Shown: positions 25,023 to 38,705 of the stretch, in pieces
Position numbering within the stretch: position 1 is the first letter of the stretch
Layout of the letters: every line of letters starts with the position of its first letter
Assembly: GCF_018977255.1 (NCBI RefSeq)
Contig: NW_024704807.1
Coordinates: forward strand, 62,001 to 126,000
Length of the DNA stretch: 64,000 nucleotides
Direction of reading: 5' to 3'
Source of the DNA: Callorhinchus milii
Lineage: Eukaryota
The notes under the pieces: model-generated
Told to the model about the DNA's origin: nothing
Seen by the model: the letters and a program-made list of their open reading frames with translations, nothing else
Databases searched by the model: none
Translations under genes and position numbers: made by a program

Positions 25023-25838
25023 ACAGCTCCAACAGGGAGATGGTTAAACTGGTGAATTTTGTCGAGGTTTGGAGCTCAATAGAGAACCGCTTTTTAGCAA
25101 AATCTGCTTTATATGTCTCACCACCAGAACCCTTTTTAAGCACATACTGTGGTTGTGTTTCTTGTTGTTCTCGGTGCCAATTTAAATAGTAGCCGCTCAG
25201 AGACGTATCATAATGACATTCCATGGTCACACTTCCTCCTTCTTTCCCAATCACTGAAGCCACCTTCTGTGTCACAGAGTCTCCCTGTGTCAGGCCTGAA
25301 AGACAAGAGCGTGGAGTCCTGTAGCTCAGTGGTTAGAGCAGTCGCCTCGTAAGAGATACGACCCGGGTTCGATTCTCGGAGAGGAAAGGGCACAATCTTA
25401 AGCAAGTTTCCTTAACGCACACTCCTCTGATTAACCAACGCTAAGTAGAAATCTGTTGGTTAAACAATTAACTGATCCCTATCCGGGAATAATATTCCGT
25501 TCAAAAAGAAAATAACAGACATTTTTGAAATGTAGTCAGTGAATCGTTGATTATTTGGGGGACACTACTGTGCGCAATTGGCTACCGAGTCTCCCCGCGA
25601 AACAGAACGTCTCTGACAGTATATTACTTGAAGCGCCTTGAGACTGCTCGAAAACATATTGAAGCGCCATATAAAACGCGATTACAATGATTATTATGTT
25701 TAATAATATGAGCAGAAAAGGAAACCGATTCAGTTAAATGATTTTAAAAAATAATTGAAAGATGTATAATTGTTATAATAAATTACCTATTAAAATGGCA
25801 GCGAGAACCAGACACAAACTGGTTCCCTCCAACCCCAT
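25023..25838 (-). pseudogene. TCR alpha/delta V pseudogene, family C copy 1, 3'-truncated (leader 25787-25838, exon 25023-25295)
   Basis: Leader MGLEGTSLCLVLAAILI + GTAATT. Homology to the intact paralogue at 59110 stops after ..TISLLEL. Second Cys and RSS are missing. Confidence 0.87.
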
Positions 25839-27158
25839 CACTTACTCCACAACTGAGCTCTTGAGTGGATAAGTTATTGGTGTTGATCGTAGGCGTATGG
25901 CTTTAAGTCTGGTTGGCACTTGATCGCTATGACCTCACTTCCTAATCAAGTGACGCGAGCATCGTCTGCTCAACGCTGGAGGGACGCTAAAGTGTCACAG
26001 TTTATCTTCTGGGGGAAGTAAGAGTGAATTTCCTTCGAGCCCATTCAATTTAGTGACAGGCTTGACACAGAAAGGAAGACCAGATTTGTTGGTTTCCATG
26101 ATATCACAGAGGTAGGATTGTAAATAACCAAATAGGGATTTAAAGGTGAGTGTGAGGATCTTGAGTTCGGTCTGAGGCGGTTGAATTCGCTGGCGAATGG
26201 GAGCGAGTAGATTTGGATAGGTTCAGATCAAAAACTAACGTAATCGTCTGTGAAAGTAACAGAACATACAGATTTTTGGATAGTATGCAATTTGTGAAGG
26301 GAAGGGGCAGGTTATAGAGTAAGCAGACACTTTGTGTAATCTTGCCTGGACATGATCAACGCAAGAATTTAGATGTAAAATCAAGGAAACCAGCAACCGA
26401 GCCTGAAAGAATAAATGTTCGGCTTCCATCATCTGAGGTGACTTACTTTTAGTTGTACGTTCTCTTATCTGTCAGAATGCTTTTGGTTCAGGATTCAAGT
26501 TGACAATTTGAGATCAAATTCTAGATTGAAATTCAAATTCATGAAACAATAATTCTTCATAAACTGTCATTCATGACAGCCGTTGCTCCCGTATCATAAT
26601 GGAAACTAAAAGAGTAATTCGCAATCATTTTGCCAAAAGTCCTATGCGATCATTATCTTCCACGTGAACAGACAAGTCAGTACCTCAGTCGAATAACAAT
26701 AACAAACCTTTCATTTGATAAAGCACATTATCTCGTGTTAGAGACGTCTTAAAGAGCTGCATTGAAAATATTGTAAAGTGAATTCATGGTACGTTTTGCG
26801 ACATCCAAGAATTGAATTTTTTTAATCTTTTATTTCAAGGATTTATTACCGACCCGGAAAAGTGATACAAAACGTTGGAAGGCCGCCGGATATAATTATC
26901 TCTTCCAAATGCTCCTCGACTTCAAAATACTCCGCTTCAAATCCCCTTCTGGATTAAAGATGACAATTTGTAAATGCTTAAATTTAGCTGGCAGCCTTCT
27001 TTGATTTCTTGATCAGTTGGACATTAATAGTAAAGTGTCGCCCTCTGAAGGCCAATGTGCCACAATTCATCACTGCTTCATATTTCATGGCAAACTTGAA
27101 GTAAAGCAGTGATTGTAATAATAATGTGTTGAGGTTCCCAGTGGCTTATATTACTGAG

Positions 27159-27365
27159 GCTCAGAGTACAGTAACACTCCCCGCTGTCAGACACTGTGAG
27201 ACCACAGATACTGAAGCCCCCCCTTCCACACACCAAATCTTCGCCTCACAATTATGTTGATCTGTTCTGAGCCCCAAAGGGCATTTTTTCATTATAATAG
27301 TTTACATTGCATCACAGAACAGAGCCAATCTTGCCAACGGTAATTGTACATCGTTGTACTTGCGG
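27159..27365 (-). pseudogene. Degenerate TCR V relic (family G)
   Basis: Near-identical to 1276-1480 (..TVSDSGECYCTLSL). Confidence 0.6.
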
Positions 27366-28264
27366 ACTATTTGACCAGTAATAAATAGGAATCCGTTGTT
27401 ATTCGATTGGCGAACCACTTTCCGGGTTAATAATCCCTCCGAAAGGTGTTGGTCACTGCTCTCCGCCAATCGACAAACTGATGAGTTCCTACTTACTGCT
27501 ATTTAAACAGAGGTGTGTGGAATAAGGAAACTTGCCCATCGTTTCCCCCACCGTGAGTCGAACCCAGGTCTCTCACTGGCGAGGTGAGTGTTTTCACCAC
27601 TGAGCTACTGGACATCGCAGATATAACCTTTGAATCAATATTGGTCATTGATTGGAACATTGGCACATTGAAATACAGTACATTTTTTTGGCAATTTGAA
27701 ACTTTAGGAAACCCATCGCAAAGCTATAGAGACTCCAAATATCGCTACCTCCAATCTCCTCATGGAAATCACTGAAATAGTCTTTTTGAATGGAATGAGC
27801 ATTCTCCTCCCTGATGAAACTATGCAGTTTAGCTAAATCCGTCAATGATTAGCCGCAATTTGGCGAGAACCAAGGCTTGAGGACCCCATCATTACGCTTT
27901 TGGGTAACTGTTGCTGTATAAACAGCTAATCCCACATAGTTTCCCGTTCACATCGCCAATTCGCAGCAACTTCTTTAGCAGTATATTTTGTGAAGCCGTT
28001 TGAGACATCTCGAAGTCGCGATAAGGCGCTATATTAAATATAAGATTCACTATTAATTCGTTCACTCTTTCCCTACACGAACTGCTCCATCACATTTTGG
28101 TTGTGGTTGGCAATCAGCCGCGTGTTTCCTCTGAGAGACACAGGAGCAAAGTAAAAAATGTGAATAAGGTCAACTGTCTGCGTTAACATCTGTGCTGAGA
28201 TGAGACCCTTTCTCTCCTCTTTGGAGTTTTATGCACATTGATGTAGTCTGACAGTAACACTGTG

Positions 28265-28571
28265 TGTGTGATGGCACAGTAATGTTTGACCATGTCAGGT
28301 AGAGCCACGGGGAACACAAATAGAGTGGATCTCTTCCTGCCCATGTACAGATTTGGCGTTAAACTTTGCGTTGCAAATTCAGCTATGAATACATCCCCCT
28401 CAGAATCATGTCTCCTTGTGTACAGAGGAGGTTCGCTTGGATACTGACGGTACCAGAATATTAAACCATTGGTGGAATCAGCAGAGAAGGTGCAGCTCAG
28501 GGTTACATTCTTTCGTTTAGTAACAGACACTTCCTTCTCTGATGGTTCAACACTGTCTCCATTCCCTGTCC
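28265..28571 (-). CDS. TCR alpha/delta V, family A copy 3: open frame, atypical, no leader found
   Basis: GTGNGDSVEPSE..LSC..WYRQYPSEPP...PDMVKHYCAIT is uninterrupted. RSS CACAGTG-23-GCATAAAAC at 28226-28264. FR2 and FR3 motifs are non-canonical, so function is uncertain. Confidence 0.65.
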
Positions 28572-29519
28572 CTTTAGCAAGAGAAAACCTGCTTATCAAT
28601 GTCACACAAAGCCCAGAGGTAATTCTACTAATTGTTTTAAGGGTGAGGGAGAAAGACTTAAATATCATGCCCAGTAACAGTGAATGTAACATCGCAAAGG
28701 ATTAACATGGCAAATGTGCAAATATCCTGACTTCATCAACTGCAAGTAAGATAATAGTAATCGTTGCATTTGATATAGAGATTGTACATTTTCAACTGGA
28801 GCGCAAACCTGTGTCCCACAAAAACAATCGTGGATCAAGTAACAAAATTATTATTTGCCAATTAGTTTTGCACCGGTCATTACCCCTGAAAATAATCTGA
28901 CAGTCGACCAACAAGCGCGTTCCCATTTACTGCGAGAAAAACAGAGGCGCTAGTATGGAATAAGGAAATTGACCAACTTTTCGCACTGCCTGGGATTCGA
29001 TCCCATGTCCTCCCACTAACCACACGTCTCCACTGACATTAAAATATCACTTTAAAACAACTCAGTGTGAAAATTTATGTCACAGCATTTTAAGTGCCCG
29101 CTGTAACAAACACAAAATTGGATTATGCATTTTTACTGCAAAATATACAGTCAATTCAATTTATAGGATAATCTGAGAAGCGCTTTGAGAAGTCTCAATG
29201 ACGTGCTGCAACAAAAAGTCAAATGGAAAGATTATGTTAATTGTTATTTTATTTTTATTACTATTATTATTAACATGTAAAAGTTCCAACAAAGATTTAT
29301 CACAATCTTCTCTCTGTTGGTGAAGAACATCTCACATATACAGTAAGAAAAGTAGCACATATTTTATCTGACTTGATAAACCTCAACAAGATGTGAGCTA
29401 TGGTGGCATTTGGCAGAAGGTTTGTTACACTCTCTGTCGCTCACTGTACTGTACTGTTTCCCAGCTTTGGCTGTGATGAGGGTTATTGTACGAGGCTTCC
29501 TATGATGTGTATCACTGTG

Positions 29520-29821
29520 GTGCAGACTGAGTGCACAGTGATACATAGCGGAGTCTGTCAGCCGGAAGTCGGCGATGGTCAAAACGCTGATTTTCTTTGT
29601 AGTGTCAAGAGAAACAGAAATATGATCTCCAGTGGGGTTTCCTCCCTCTCCTGAGGGTTTTCTGTGGAGCAGGTATTTCAGTGCCTCGCCAGGGGACTGA
29701 CGGTACCAGGAGACGCTGAAATCCTGACCGCAGATTCCTGAATATTGGCAATGTAAATTTATCCTCTCACCAGCAAAAGCGGTTTGTTCAGGCGGTGACT
29801 GGGAAACTGTATAACTCGATC
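29520..29821 (-). CDS. Supporting-type TCR-delta V (leaderless) with no NAR V-D-J upstream in the assembly
   Basis: Open exon SSYTVSQSPPEQ..HCQYSGICGQDFSVSWYRQ..YHCALSLH. Acceptor at 29822. RSS CACAGTG-23-ACAATAACC at 29481-29519. Confidence 0.9.
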
Positions 29822-30282
29822 CTGCGGGATGCAAATTATAGGTTAAATAGAATCATGGAATAATTGAATCTTACAACACAGAAGGAGGCCAATCTGCCCC
29901 TTTTGCCTCTGCCGGTCTTTGAAAAGCGCTAACAAAATCAATCCCACTCCCTCACTCTGAATAAGTAGCCCTTTATAATTTATTTTGATGCATCCATTCA
30001 ATTACTTTCACCGTATTTCAGCATTCAATAATAATTTTCAGTGAAAATAAATTCTTCTGCTCTCTCCTTGTGTTCAGTTACCACTTATCTTACATTTGGT
30101 TTCATTGGTTACTGAAACACTTCCAAGTGGAATCATGCTTTCCTTTGCTGCTCTACCAAAAACACTGGCAACGGTGAACACTTCATTTAAATCTCCCCTG
30201 AACCTTCGTTGCTCTTAGGAGAATATCGCCAGATACCACTTTCTTCATACAAATTAATTCCCTCTGTCCTGGTATCATTTTG

Positions 30283-30618
30283 GTTTCCTGTAGCTCAGGT
30301 GGAGTCCTGTAGCTCACTGGTTAGAACACTCGCTTTGCAAGCGAGAGACCTGAGTTCAATTCCAGGCTGAGGGCGAAACCTTGGGCAAGTTTCCTTACTC
30401 CACACAGAGCCTAATAATAATCCCTCCAAAAAACAACAATAATAAATTGGTCATTTTCCATCTACAACTGTTTGTGGGACATTGCTGTGCGCAATTGGCT
30501 GCCGCGTTCGCCCACAAATATACAGTCATTTCACTTTACTGTGTGTTCTGTGAAGCGCTTTGGGACGTCCTCCCGACGGGAAAAGCGCTCTATCAAATGC
30601 AAGGATTATTATTATTAT
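30283..30618 (+). mobile_element. Full-length tRNA-derived SINE inserted into a CR1 fragment
   Basis: Flanked by a 10-bp target-site duplication tatcattttg (30273-30282 and 30616-30625). A short duplicated head fragment (tcctgtagctcag) precedes the SINE start at 30299. Confidence 0.9.
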
Positions 30619-32446
30619 CATTTTGCTAAATCTCCTTCGCACCAGTTCAAGGCCTTCACACGCTTCCTAATGTGTCCGTGATAGGTTTAAAGATAAATGT
30701 AAGGATTAATGTTACATCGACTGTAGAAATAGCAAAGGAATGCATTAAAGTAGGCAGCTCTAGTAGCTCAGGCAGGTTTGTTTCAGACAGAAACCGTGTG
30801 GCTATTGCTGTAAATATGATATAAACTCTCATAAATACACCGTTTAATGAAGCTTTGTTTCTCTCATCTTTTACTTTCTTGCTGTCGTGGATTTTGCACA
30901 TAGGCTTTGGGTTTCTGTGTTCAAGGGAATGATTCGCAGACTATCAGATGTCAGATTGCGCCGTTAACTCAGCGGGTTTACAGTTGAGGCACATTTTGCC
31001 GTTATCTCAGCGGGTTTACAGTTGAGGCAAATTGAAAGTTTCCTGCTGCAATAGTGGTAACTGTAACATCGCTGCTGTAGGAGGTTTAGTCCCTGACTTG
31101 TTGCCAACATCAGTTTCTTTCTCAGTCTGAGAGCCGCTCAATGCTGTTTCAATTTGCCCAGAANNNNNNNNNNNNNNNNNNNNNNNNNNNNNNNNNNNNN
31201 NNNNNNNNNNNNNNNNNNNNNNNNNNNNNNNNNNNNNNNNNNNNNNNNNNNNNNNNNNNNNNNNNNNNNNNNNNNNNNNNNNNNNNNNNNNNNNNNNNNN
31301 NNNNNNNNNNNNNNNNNNNNNNNNNNNNNNNNNNNNNNNNGAGAAAGAGGAGGGAAGCATTCGGTTAAGTGGTGTAGGTTTGGGGCATTTATAAATGCTG
31401 AAGTGCGCAGAGTGAGTGATACAGGGATGTAGCGCCGCACGATGACCGAGATAAGAAAGGGGAGGCAGATGTTAGAATGTTTACTTCACAGTATATCCTT
31501 TGAAAAGCTTTAACAAGTGTTAACAACATGAAAAAGCGCTGTATCGAAACTAAGGATTATTATTGACCTGTGCCTCGGCCAGTTTGTATTTCTCTNNNNN
31601 NNNNNNNNNNNNNNNNNNNNNNNNNNNNNNNNNNNNNNNNNNNNNNNNNNNNNNNNNNNNNNNNNNNNNNNNNNNNNNNNNNNNNNNNNNNNNNNNNNNN
31701 NNNNNNNNNNNNNNNNNNNNNNNNNNNNNNTGTCTTTCTTCGACACCTTAGGCAAGTTTCCTGACTCCGGAGGCACAAACACACATACACACACACACAG
31801 TCACGACTCGGTTTACATAGCAGCAACTAGGAACCTACTTGCTTGCTAAATGCTCGTTCGCTCTGCAAGGGGTAATATTCCTGTTAAACATTAATACTTT
31901 GGTTAATTAATGTGTGTAGGACGCCGCGTTTTGCGGGCGAAATGCACCAATTATTTGCCGCGTTTTGCCCATCAAACACACGGTCACTACACTTTGCTGC
32001 ATTTGATGTGAAGCGTTTCGTGTCGTTATGGATGAGGTGATGAAGCGTTGTATAAAATGCAAGGAGTGTTATTATAATTAATTATTTTCACAAACGTCAC
32101 TGTCCAAGAACATTGACCTGATTTAAAGGGTGTGGGAAGAAGCTGATACCTGATGTTATGAGAAGTTTGGGATCAGATCTTGTCTTGAACTTTGGAATTG
32201 GAGGGCAAAGCAGTTTGGCGATGTTTTTGAGCTATAGGCTGTAGTTTTATTATTGGAGCCAGTTTTCGCTAACTATCATGCTAACGCTTGCATAATATAT
32301 GNNNNNNNNNNNNNNNNNNNNNNNNNNNNNNNNNNNNNNNNNNNNNNNNNNNNNNNNNNNNNNNNNNNNNNNNNNNNNNNNNNNNNNNNNNNNNNNNNNN
32401 NNNNNNNNNNNNNNNNNNNNNNNNNNNNNNNNNNNNNNNNNNNNNN

Positions 32447-32560
32447 TGTCTGTCTCTGTTTCTGTGTGTAAGTCTGTCTGTCTCTGTTTCTGTGTGTAAG
32501 TCTGTCTGTCTCTGTTTCTGTGTGTAAGTCTGTCTGTCTCTGCTTCTGTGTGTAAGTCTG
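32447..32560. repeat. About 28-bp TCTG-based tandem repeat
   Basis: Unit tctgtctgtctctgtttctgtgtgtaag repeated about 4 times. Similar sequence resumes after the L2 at about 34157. Confidence 0.85.
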
Positions 32561-32570
32561 CCTTCTATCT

Positions 32571-34147
32571 ACAACAACAACAACAACAACAACAAGATTC
32601 CATTTATAGAGCGCCTTTCACGTCAGGAGGACGTCCCAAGGCGCTGCACAGTTGGGTCATGACCCGAGCAGGAGGGAAATGGTGAGGGTGAGGGGAGGGA
32701 AGGGAGGGAGAGAGGAGGGGGGAAATGGTCAGGGTGAGGGGAGGGAAGGGAGGGAGCGAGGAGGAGTAAGAGAGTCGAGAGGGGAGCTGAAGGCACGGTC
32801 AAAGAGAAAGGTTTTGAGACCGGCCTTGAAGGAGGAAAGGGAGGAAGCAAGGCGAAGGCACTGGGGGATGGAGTTCCAGAGCCTCGGGGCTGAGAGGCTG
32901 AAGGCCCGACCACCGATAGTAGGGCGGTTGGGGCGGGGGACGTGGAGCAGACCGGAGCCAGAGGAACGGAGGGTACGGGCAGGTAGGTAGGGGGATAGTA
33001 GGTTGGAGAGGTAGGAGGGAGCAAGGCCGTGAATGGCCTTGTAGGTGAGGATGAGGATCTTGAAATCAATCCTCTGGGGGATGGGGAGCCAGTGGAGGCG
33101 AGCGAGGGTGGGAGTGATGTGGTCCCGAAGCCTGGTGCGGGACAGTACACGAGCTGCAGAGTTCTGAATGACCTGCAGCTTGTGGAGGGAGGTGGCGGGA
33201 AGGCCGGCGAGGAGAGAGTTCCCATAGTCCAGCCTTGAGGTGACAAAGGCGTGAACCAGGGTTTCAGCAGCGTGAGGGGTGAGGTAGTGCCGTAATCTGG
33301 CGATATTCCGGAGGTGATGGAAGGCGGTGCCAGTTGTGGTGCGGATGTGAGGGAGAAAGGACAGCTCAGGGTCGAACAAAACGCCGAGGTTCCTGACTGG
33401 CTTTGAGAGGTGGAGAGTGCAGCCTTGGATGCTGATGGTGTCAGCGCCTGAGGTGCGGAGGCGCTGACGTGAGCCAATCAGGAGGGCCTCGGTTTTTCGC
33501 ACGTTGAGCTGAAGAAAGTTGTCTCTCGTCCAGGACTCGATGTCGGACAGGCAGGCTGTCAGGACATCGGTGGTCGTGGAGTTGAGAGTAGAGGAGGAAA
33601 GGTAGAGTTGGGTGTCATCCGCATACATGTGGAAGTTAACCCCATGTTTGCGGATGATGTCACCGAGGGGGAGCATATAGAGGGTGAAGAGGAGGGGACC
33701 GAGGACAGAGCCCTGAGGGACACCACATGAGACAGTACGGGGGGTGGAGGAGAAGCCATTCGTTGAGACGAAGTGAAGACGGTGGGAAAGGTAAGAGCTA
33801 AACCATTCAAGGACAGTGCCTTGAAGGTTGAGGTGGGAGGACAAGCGGTGGAGTAGGATAGCGTGGTCGACCGTATCGAATGCTGCCGATAGGTCGAGGA
33901 GGACGAGGAGACAGAGGGAGCCCTGGTCACAGATGGTCAGGATATCATTGGAGACCTTGACCAGGGCAGTTTCTGTGCTATGAGCAGCACGGAAACCTGA
34001 CTGAAGGGGTTCAAAAAGAGAATGGGTGGAGAGGAAAGAGCGCAGTTGGGAGGCGACAACTCTTTCCAAGACCTTGGAGAGAAAGGGGAGGTTGGAGATG
34101 GGCCGGTAGCTTGATAGCTGGGAGATGGGCCGGTAGCTTGATAGCTG
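32571..34147 (-). mobile_element. 5'-truncated L2 LINE with intact reverse-transcriptase frame
   Basis: ORF 32729-34156 contains [43 protein letters not shown] and YADDTQLY, plus an L2-type C-terminus. The 3' end has a (GTT)n tail. Confidence 0.95.
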
Positions 34148-37100
34148 ATCTATCACTGTTTCTGTGTGTAAGTCTGTCTGTATCTCTATTTCTGTTTCTG
34201 TGTGTAAGTTTTTCTGTCTATCGATCTGTTTCTGTGTGTATGTCTGTCTGGCTATCTAACTCATTGTTTTTGTGTCTGTCTCTGTGTCTGTGTCTCTGTC
34301 TGTCTGAGTCTGTCATTGCTTGAAACCTTAGGCAAGTTTATTTACACGCCCATCGCCACTCCCATCAATATTCCCATCACACGCAGATACACACACACGC
34401 ACACACACAGACACACATACACAGACACACACAGATGCACACCCACAGACCGACAAAGACACACACACCTCTGTTGACCTGGCAGTAGATAGGACTCCGC
34501 GTTTTTATCGATTGGCTGATCGCTTTCCAGAGACAAGAAGCCCTTCAAAATAATAATAATAATTTGCTCACTTTATCCACGACTGTTTGTGGATTGAGAA
34601 TTTGAGACTATCTGCCAAGTATCGCCAAAAGAAACGCACTGTCACTGCACTTGACAGTATATCGTGCGCAGCGCTTTGAGACGTCTCCATGATATAACGA
34701 GGTGCGATATCAAATGTAAGAATCATTATTATTATGTTGTCTGTTTCGAAATGAAACAATCTTCTTTACAATCGGCATTTGTGTTGAGGATCGAGATGAT
34801 TGAGGAAGTGTTAGGTGGAGCTGATCATTCGTGCATAACATAATTTTGTGATTATGTACAATATTACCAGTTTCTTTCCTCCCTTGAGACGTCGTAACGA
34901 CATCATAAGGTCTTATATCAGATGCAAGGATTATCTTATATGTTTTTGACTGTTAATAAAAATAATATTCCTTGTATTCAGTATAAAGTTTTACACGTGT
35001 TCTGAATATCTCAAAGCGCTCCACAGGATATACCGTGGAGTGTAGTAACTGTTTGGTTGTTGGCGAAAAGCAGCAGCGAATTGCGCCAAGCGGTGTCCGC
35101 ACAAACAGTCAAGAAACCAATTTATTATTGTGTTTTATTTCTTGAGGGATTATTATCAGGCATATCTGTGTATGTATGTGTGTGTGTGTCCGTGTTTCTC
35201 TTTGTGTGTAGAGTAAGTAAACTTGCACAAGCTTCCGCCACCTGCTGGGAATCGAATCCAGGCCTCTCGCATGTGAAGCGAGGGATCTAACCAATGATAC
35301 ACCGGAATGCAACAAAGATGAACTGGGAGGGGGGTGGGTGGGTGGTTGTGTCCATCCTGAAAGTCTATGCAATTTGGGTCTGTGTGTGAGGGTGAGGTGA
35401 CAATATGAAGATGCTGGAGCCAGGGTTATGCAGATAATCATAATAATATTTACATTTCACATGGACCCTTATTACGTCTCAAAGCGCTTCACAAAATACG
35501 TTGTAAAGTGGGTTGTCTATATATTGTGAGCAAAATTGGAAACAACAGTTTCCCAGAAACGGAGGTGAACAATTTGACCGAACTATTATCTTACTCATGT
35601 TTGTATGTATTCATGTATTTCTTTATTTACTTACAAATTGATGTACTTGCTTGTCTATTTACATTTGGTGTCCGTAGTTTACTGCAGTGCCTTGGGACGC
35701 CGTCCCGACGTGAAAGGCGCTGAATAAATGTTGTTGTTGTGGTTGTTGCAGAAAGCCATCCGAGAATGGATGGTCAATCGGGTTCCGACTCACGGCTTAC
35801 TAAAGAAAGGCGTACGGTGTAGGAAATTGTCTAAGTTTTATTCGCCCCATGGGCCAAACCCAGTTCATTTCGCCTGCGGCACCAGTACTCTGAACTCTAA
35901 ACTACAGGACAACACATTACTACAATGCTAAGCGCTGGTGAGGGTTTCTCTGGATGCGAAAGCTGCTTTGCAACAGCCACTTTTATTGTATTGCTATATG
36001 GCGGCATCTAACGGTGTTTCAGGAAAATGACAGTGTATGTGTAGTCTCGGGATGAGTTCATTTATGAATCATGCAAATTGGTTAAGATTTACCCGTGTAC
36101 ACAGTGCAGGCAGTACAAGTCGTATAACATTAATATTCCTCTCGGATAAAGAACCTCCATCTCAACACATTCCTCTTGAACAACCCTTTCCCAACGTCTT
36201 TACTCCTTTCACTCAGTTCCGCCCCCAATTACTCACCAGCGCAGCGTCCAATCCCACCTCCCATCTGCCCACACCAAACTCCCACCACAACCATCTCTAA
36301 ACACTTGATTCAATGCCCCCCACCCACACACCCTCCAAATCTCGGTTACAAAGCTCGACTATCCAAAGCATTGGGACATGCTCCCGATGTAAAAATTGCT
36401 ATTACAATATAACATAGTCTTTGCTTTGAAGTGTAATCGGCAATGTTGGTAAGTTTGTAAGGTGGTTCTGCTTGAAGCTAAAATGGCCCGAATGTGACAC
36501 ATTTTGCAATAGGAATATTTGGATCGAGCAAACGTCTTTGATGGTTTCTAGTCCGGTTCATGAGCCAGAGGGGTCCACAGTATTCCAGGCACTCATTGCT
36601 CATGGCAGCACAGCCCAGCCTGGTCCAACTGCAAGAAATGGAATGGCCGACCAGTCACTAGGGGTAGTGAAATCTCCCACTCATCTCCTGTTAACCCTGC
36701 AGCCAAAGAACGAACAGCTAGGCCCTTGCAGGAGAAGCTGTGAGAAAGCTTGTCAGATAGCAATATCAAGGCCGAGCTGTGCCGTTTTAGCTGCTTAGTC
36801 TCCAGCCGATACTCAAGCAGCACAATCTGGATTTGATCAAGTCTGGGCTCTCGAGAAACTGCGCCTAATATTTTCTGGAATTTGGCATCTCTCTCAGGGA
36901 GAGTGTGGGCCTTCTATTCCAACAAACTGTCTCTGCAATTTCCACGTGTAGGTGGGATCATTGGATAACTCAGCTTGCTTTGGAAACAATTGATCGTGTC
37001 CATGGGCTGCTCTGTGTAATAGAAAGACGGATGACCCCAAACGACGGTGAAGTAAGTGACTGTGCAAACGTTTGTGAGAATGTTTTACAATATACGGTGC

Positions 37101-37839
37101 ACATGTTTGCTAAACAGACATCAGGGTGAAAGATTTATTTGGTCTCATGGATAGCTGGTGAGGAACATGCATACATTTTGCAGTTTATAATATGAAGCGC
37201 TTTGAGGATTTTCCATCACGTAAAAACGCGCTTTATCAAATGTGAAGTTTAATATTATTTCGTCCACGATTTACAAACATTTCTTTCACTGTGATACCAT
37301 TGAATCTTTTTTTGTGGTTGGAAACTAATCAGTGTTTCCTTTGAGAGACACAGCAGCAATTTCACAATTTGACAAATAGGTCAACTGTCAGGATCAACAT
37401 GTGTGCTGATCTGAATCCCTTTATCTTCCCTTTGGGGGTTGACGTTCAGAGATGCAGTCGCATTGAAGCAGTGTTATGTTTCCATGTGAAACGGAAGAAT
37501 TATTATTATGTCTGAAATGTCTCAAAAGACTTGACAGAGTAACTGTCATAAAAATATAATAATCCTTGCCTTGGATGTGGCGCCTTAAAACGTCTTCTAG
37601 ATGACTAACGCCTTCACCGAATACACTGTAACGCGAATTTTCTGTAGATTTTTTTGGTAAATGTGAGAATTGCAGTTTGTATCTATTCTACTTTCTTCCT
37701 GAGAGTCAAACAGACACTGTTACAAAATGTTTTGTATCGCGGCATTTGCATAATACAGCAAATCAATGGAAAATGATGAAATCATAGAATTATGCATGAC
37801 AAAAGGAGGCCAATCGGCCCATGGTGTCTGTTCCGACTC

Positions 37840-38490
37840 TTTGAAAAGAGTTACTCAATTCAAACACCTCCCCCGCACTTTAACTCTAAGTCTGAAAACT
37901 GGTCTTCTCCAAATAATTATCGACCTGTCTCTTAAAAGTTGTCACCAAATCAGTTGCCATCACCATTTCAGGCAATGCATCCCAAATCCAAACAAATCGG
38001 TTTGGGGAAAAACATTTCCACTCGCCTAACCTCTTTTTCTTTAGCAACTGTTTTAAATCGGTGTATTCGGATTACAGACCAACCCGCTTTTGGAAATAGT
38101 TTCTGCTTGTTAAACCTAATGAAGCCTATTATCATTTTGAAATAATCTTTCACGTCTCCTCTTACCCGCTCTGCTCCAAGGAGAGTAATGTTAGCTTCCC
38201 AAGCCTCTCCTGACAACTGAAGTCCCTCGTTCCTGGTACCGTCCTGGTAAATCTACTTTGCACCATCTCCAATGCATTGACATCCGTCTTAAGTGTGGGG
38301 CCCAGTCTGAGCACAGTCTACAGCTGAGGCTTAAATAGTGTTTTATAAACGTTCGTCATAACTTTCTGATTTTGTATTCTATTCCCGTATGTATAAAGCC
38401 TAATATCTCCCGTATGATTTTTTAGAGAGCTTTATCTGCATGTCCTGCCATCTTCAATGATTCACTTATATTACGTGGACTGTTGCAGCT
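37840..38490 (-). mobile_element. CR1 LINE ORF2 fragment
   Basis: Paralogue of 11380-11900 within a duplicated block, with CR1-like RFTRTVPGTRDFSCQERLGKL motifs. Confidence 0.75.
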
Positions 38491-38705
38491 AACTGAATGT
38501 TCATTTTACATTCTGAAGTTATTGAGAAAAATAATTACGAGGATCTTCAGCAGACAGATTCACTTGTGGTGAATGTGGTTTTCCCTCAAACAAGTTGCAC
38601 ACAAAGCCTGACTCTGAATATATACAAAGAGGTCAGGTGGATAGACCAAGCTCACTCACCCAGGGTAGTTATTGTCCGAGGCTGTGCCTGGTTCCGATCA
38701 CTGTA

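Noticed and set aside
32623-33930. Long Ser/Pro-rich ORFs (284 aa and others) overlapping the L2
   Set aside because: Alternative frames of a GC-rich LINE, with no independent coding evidence.
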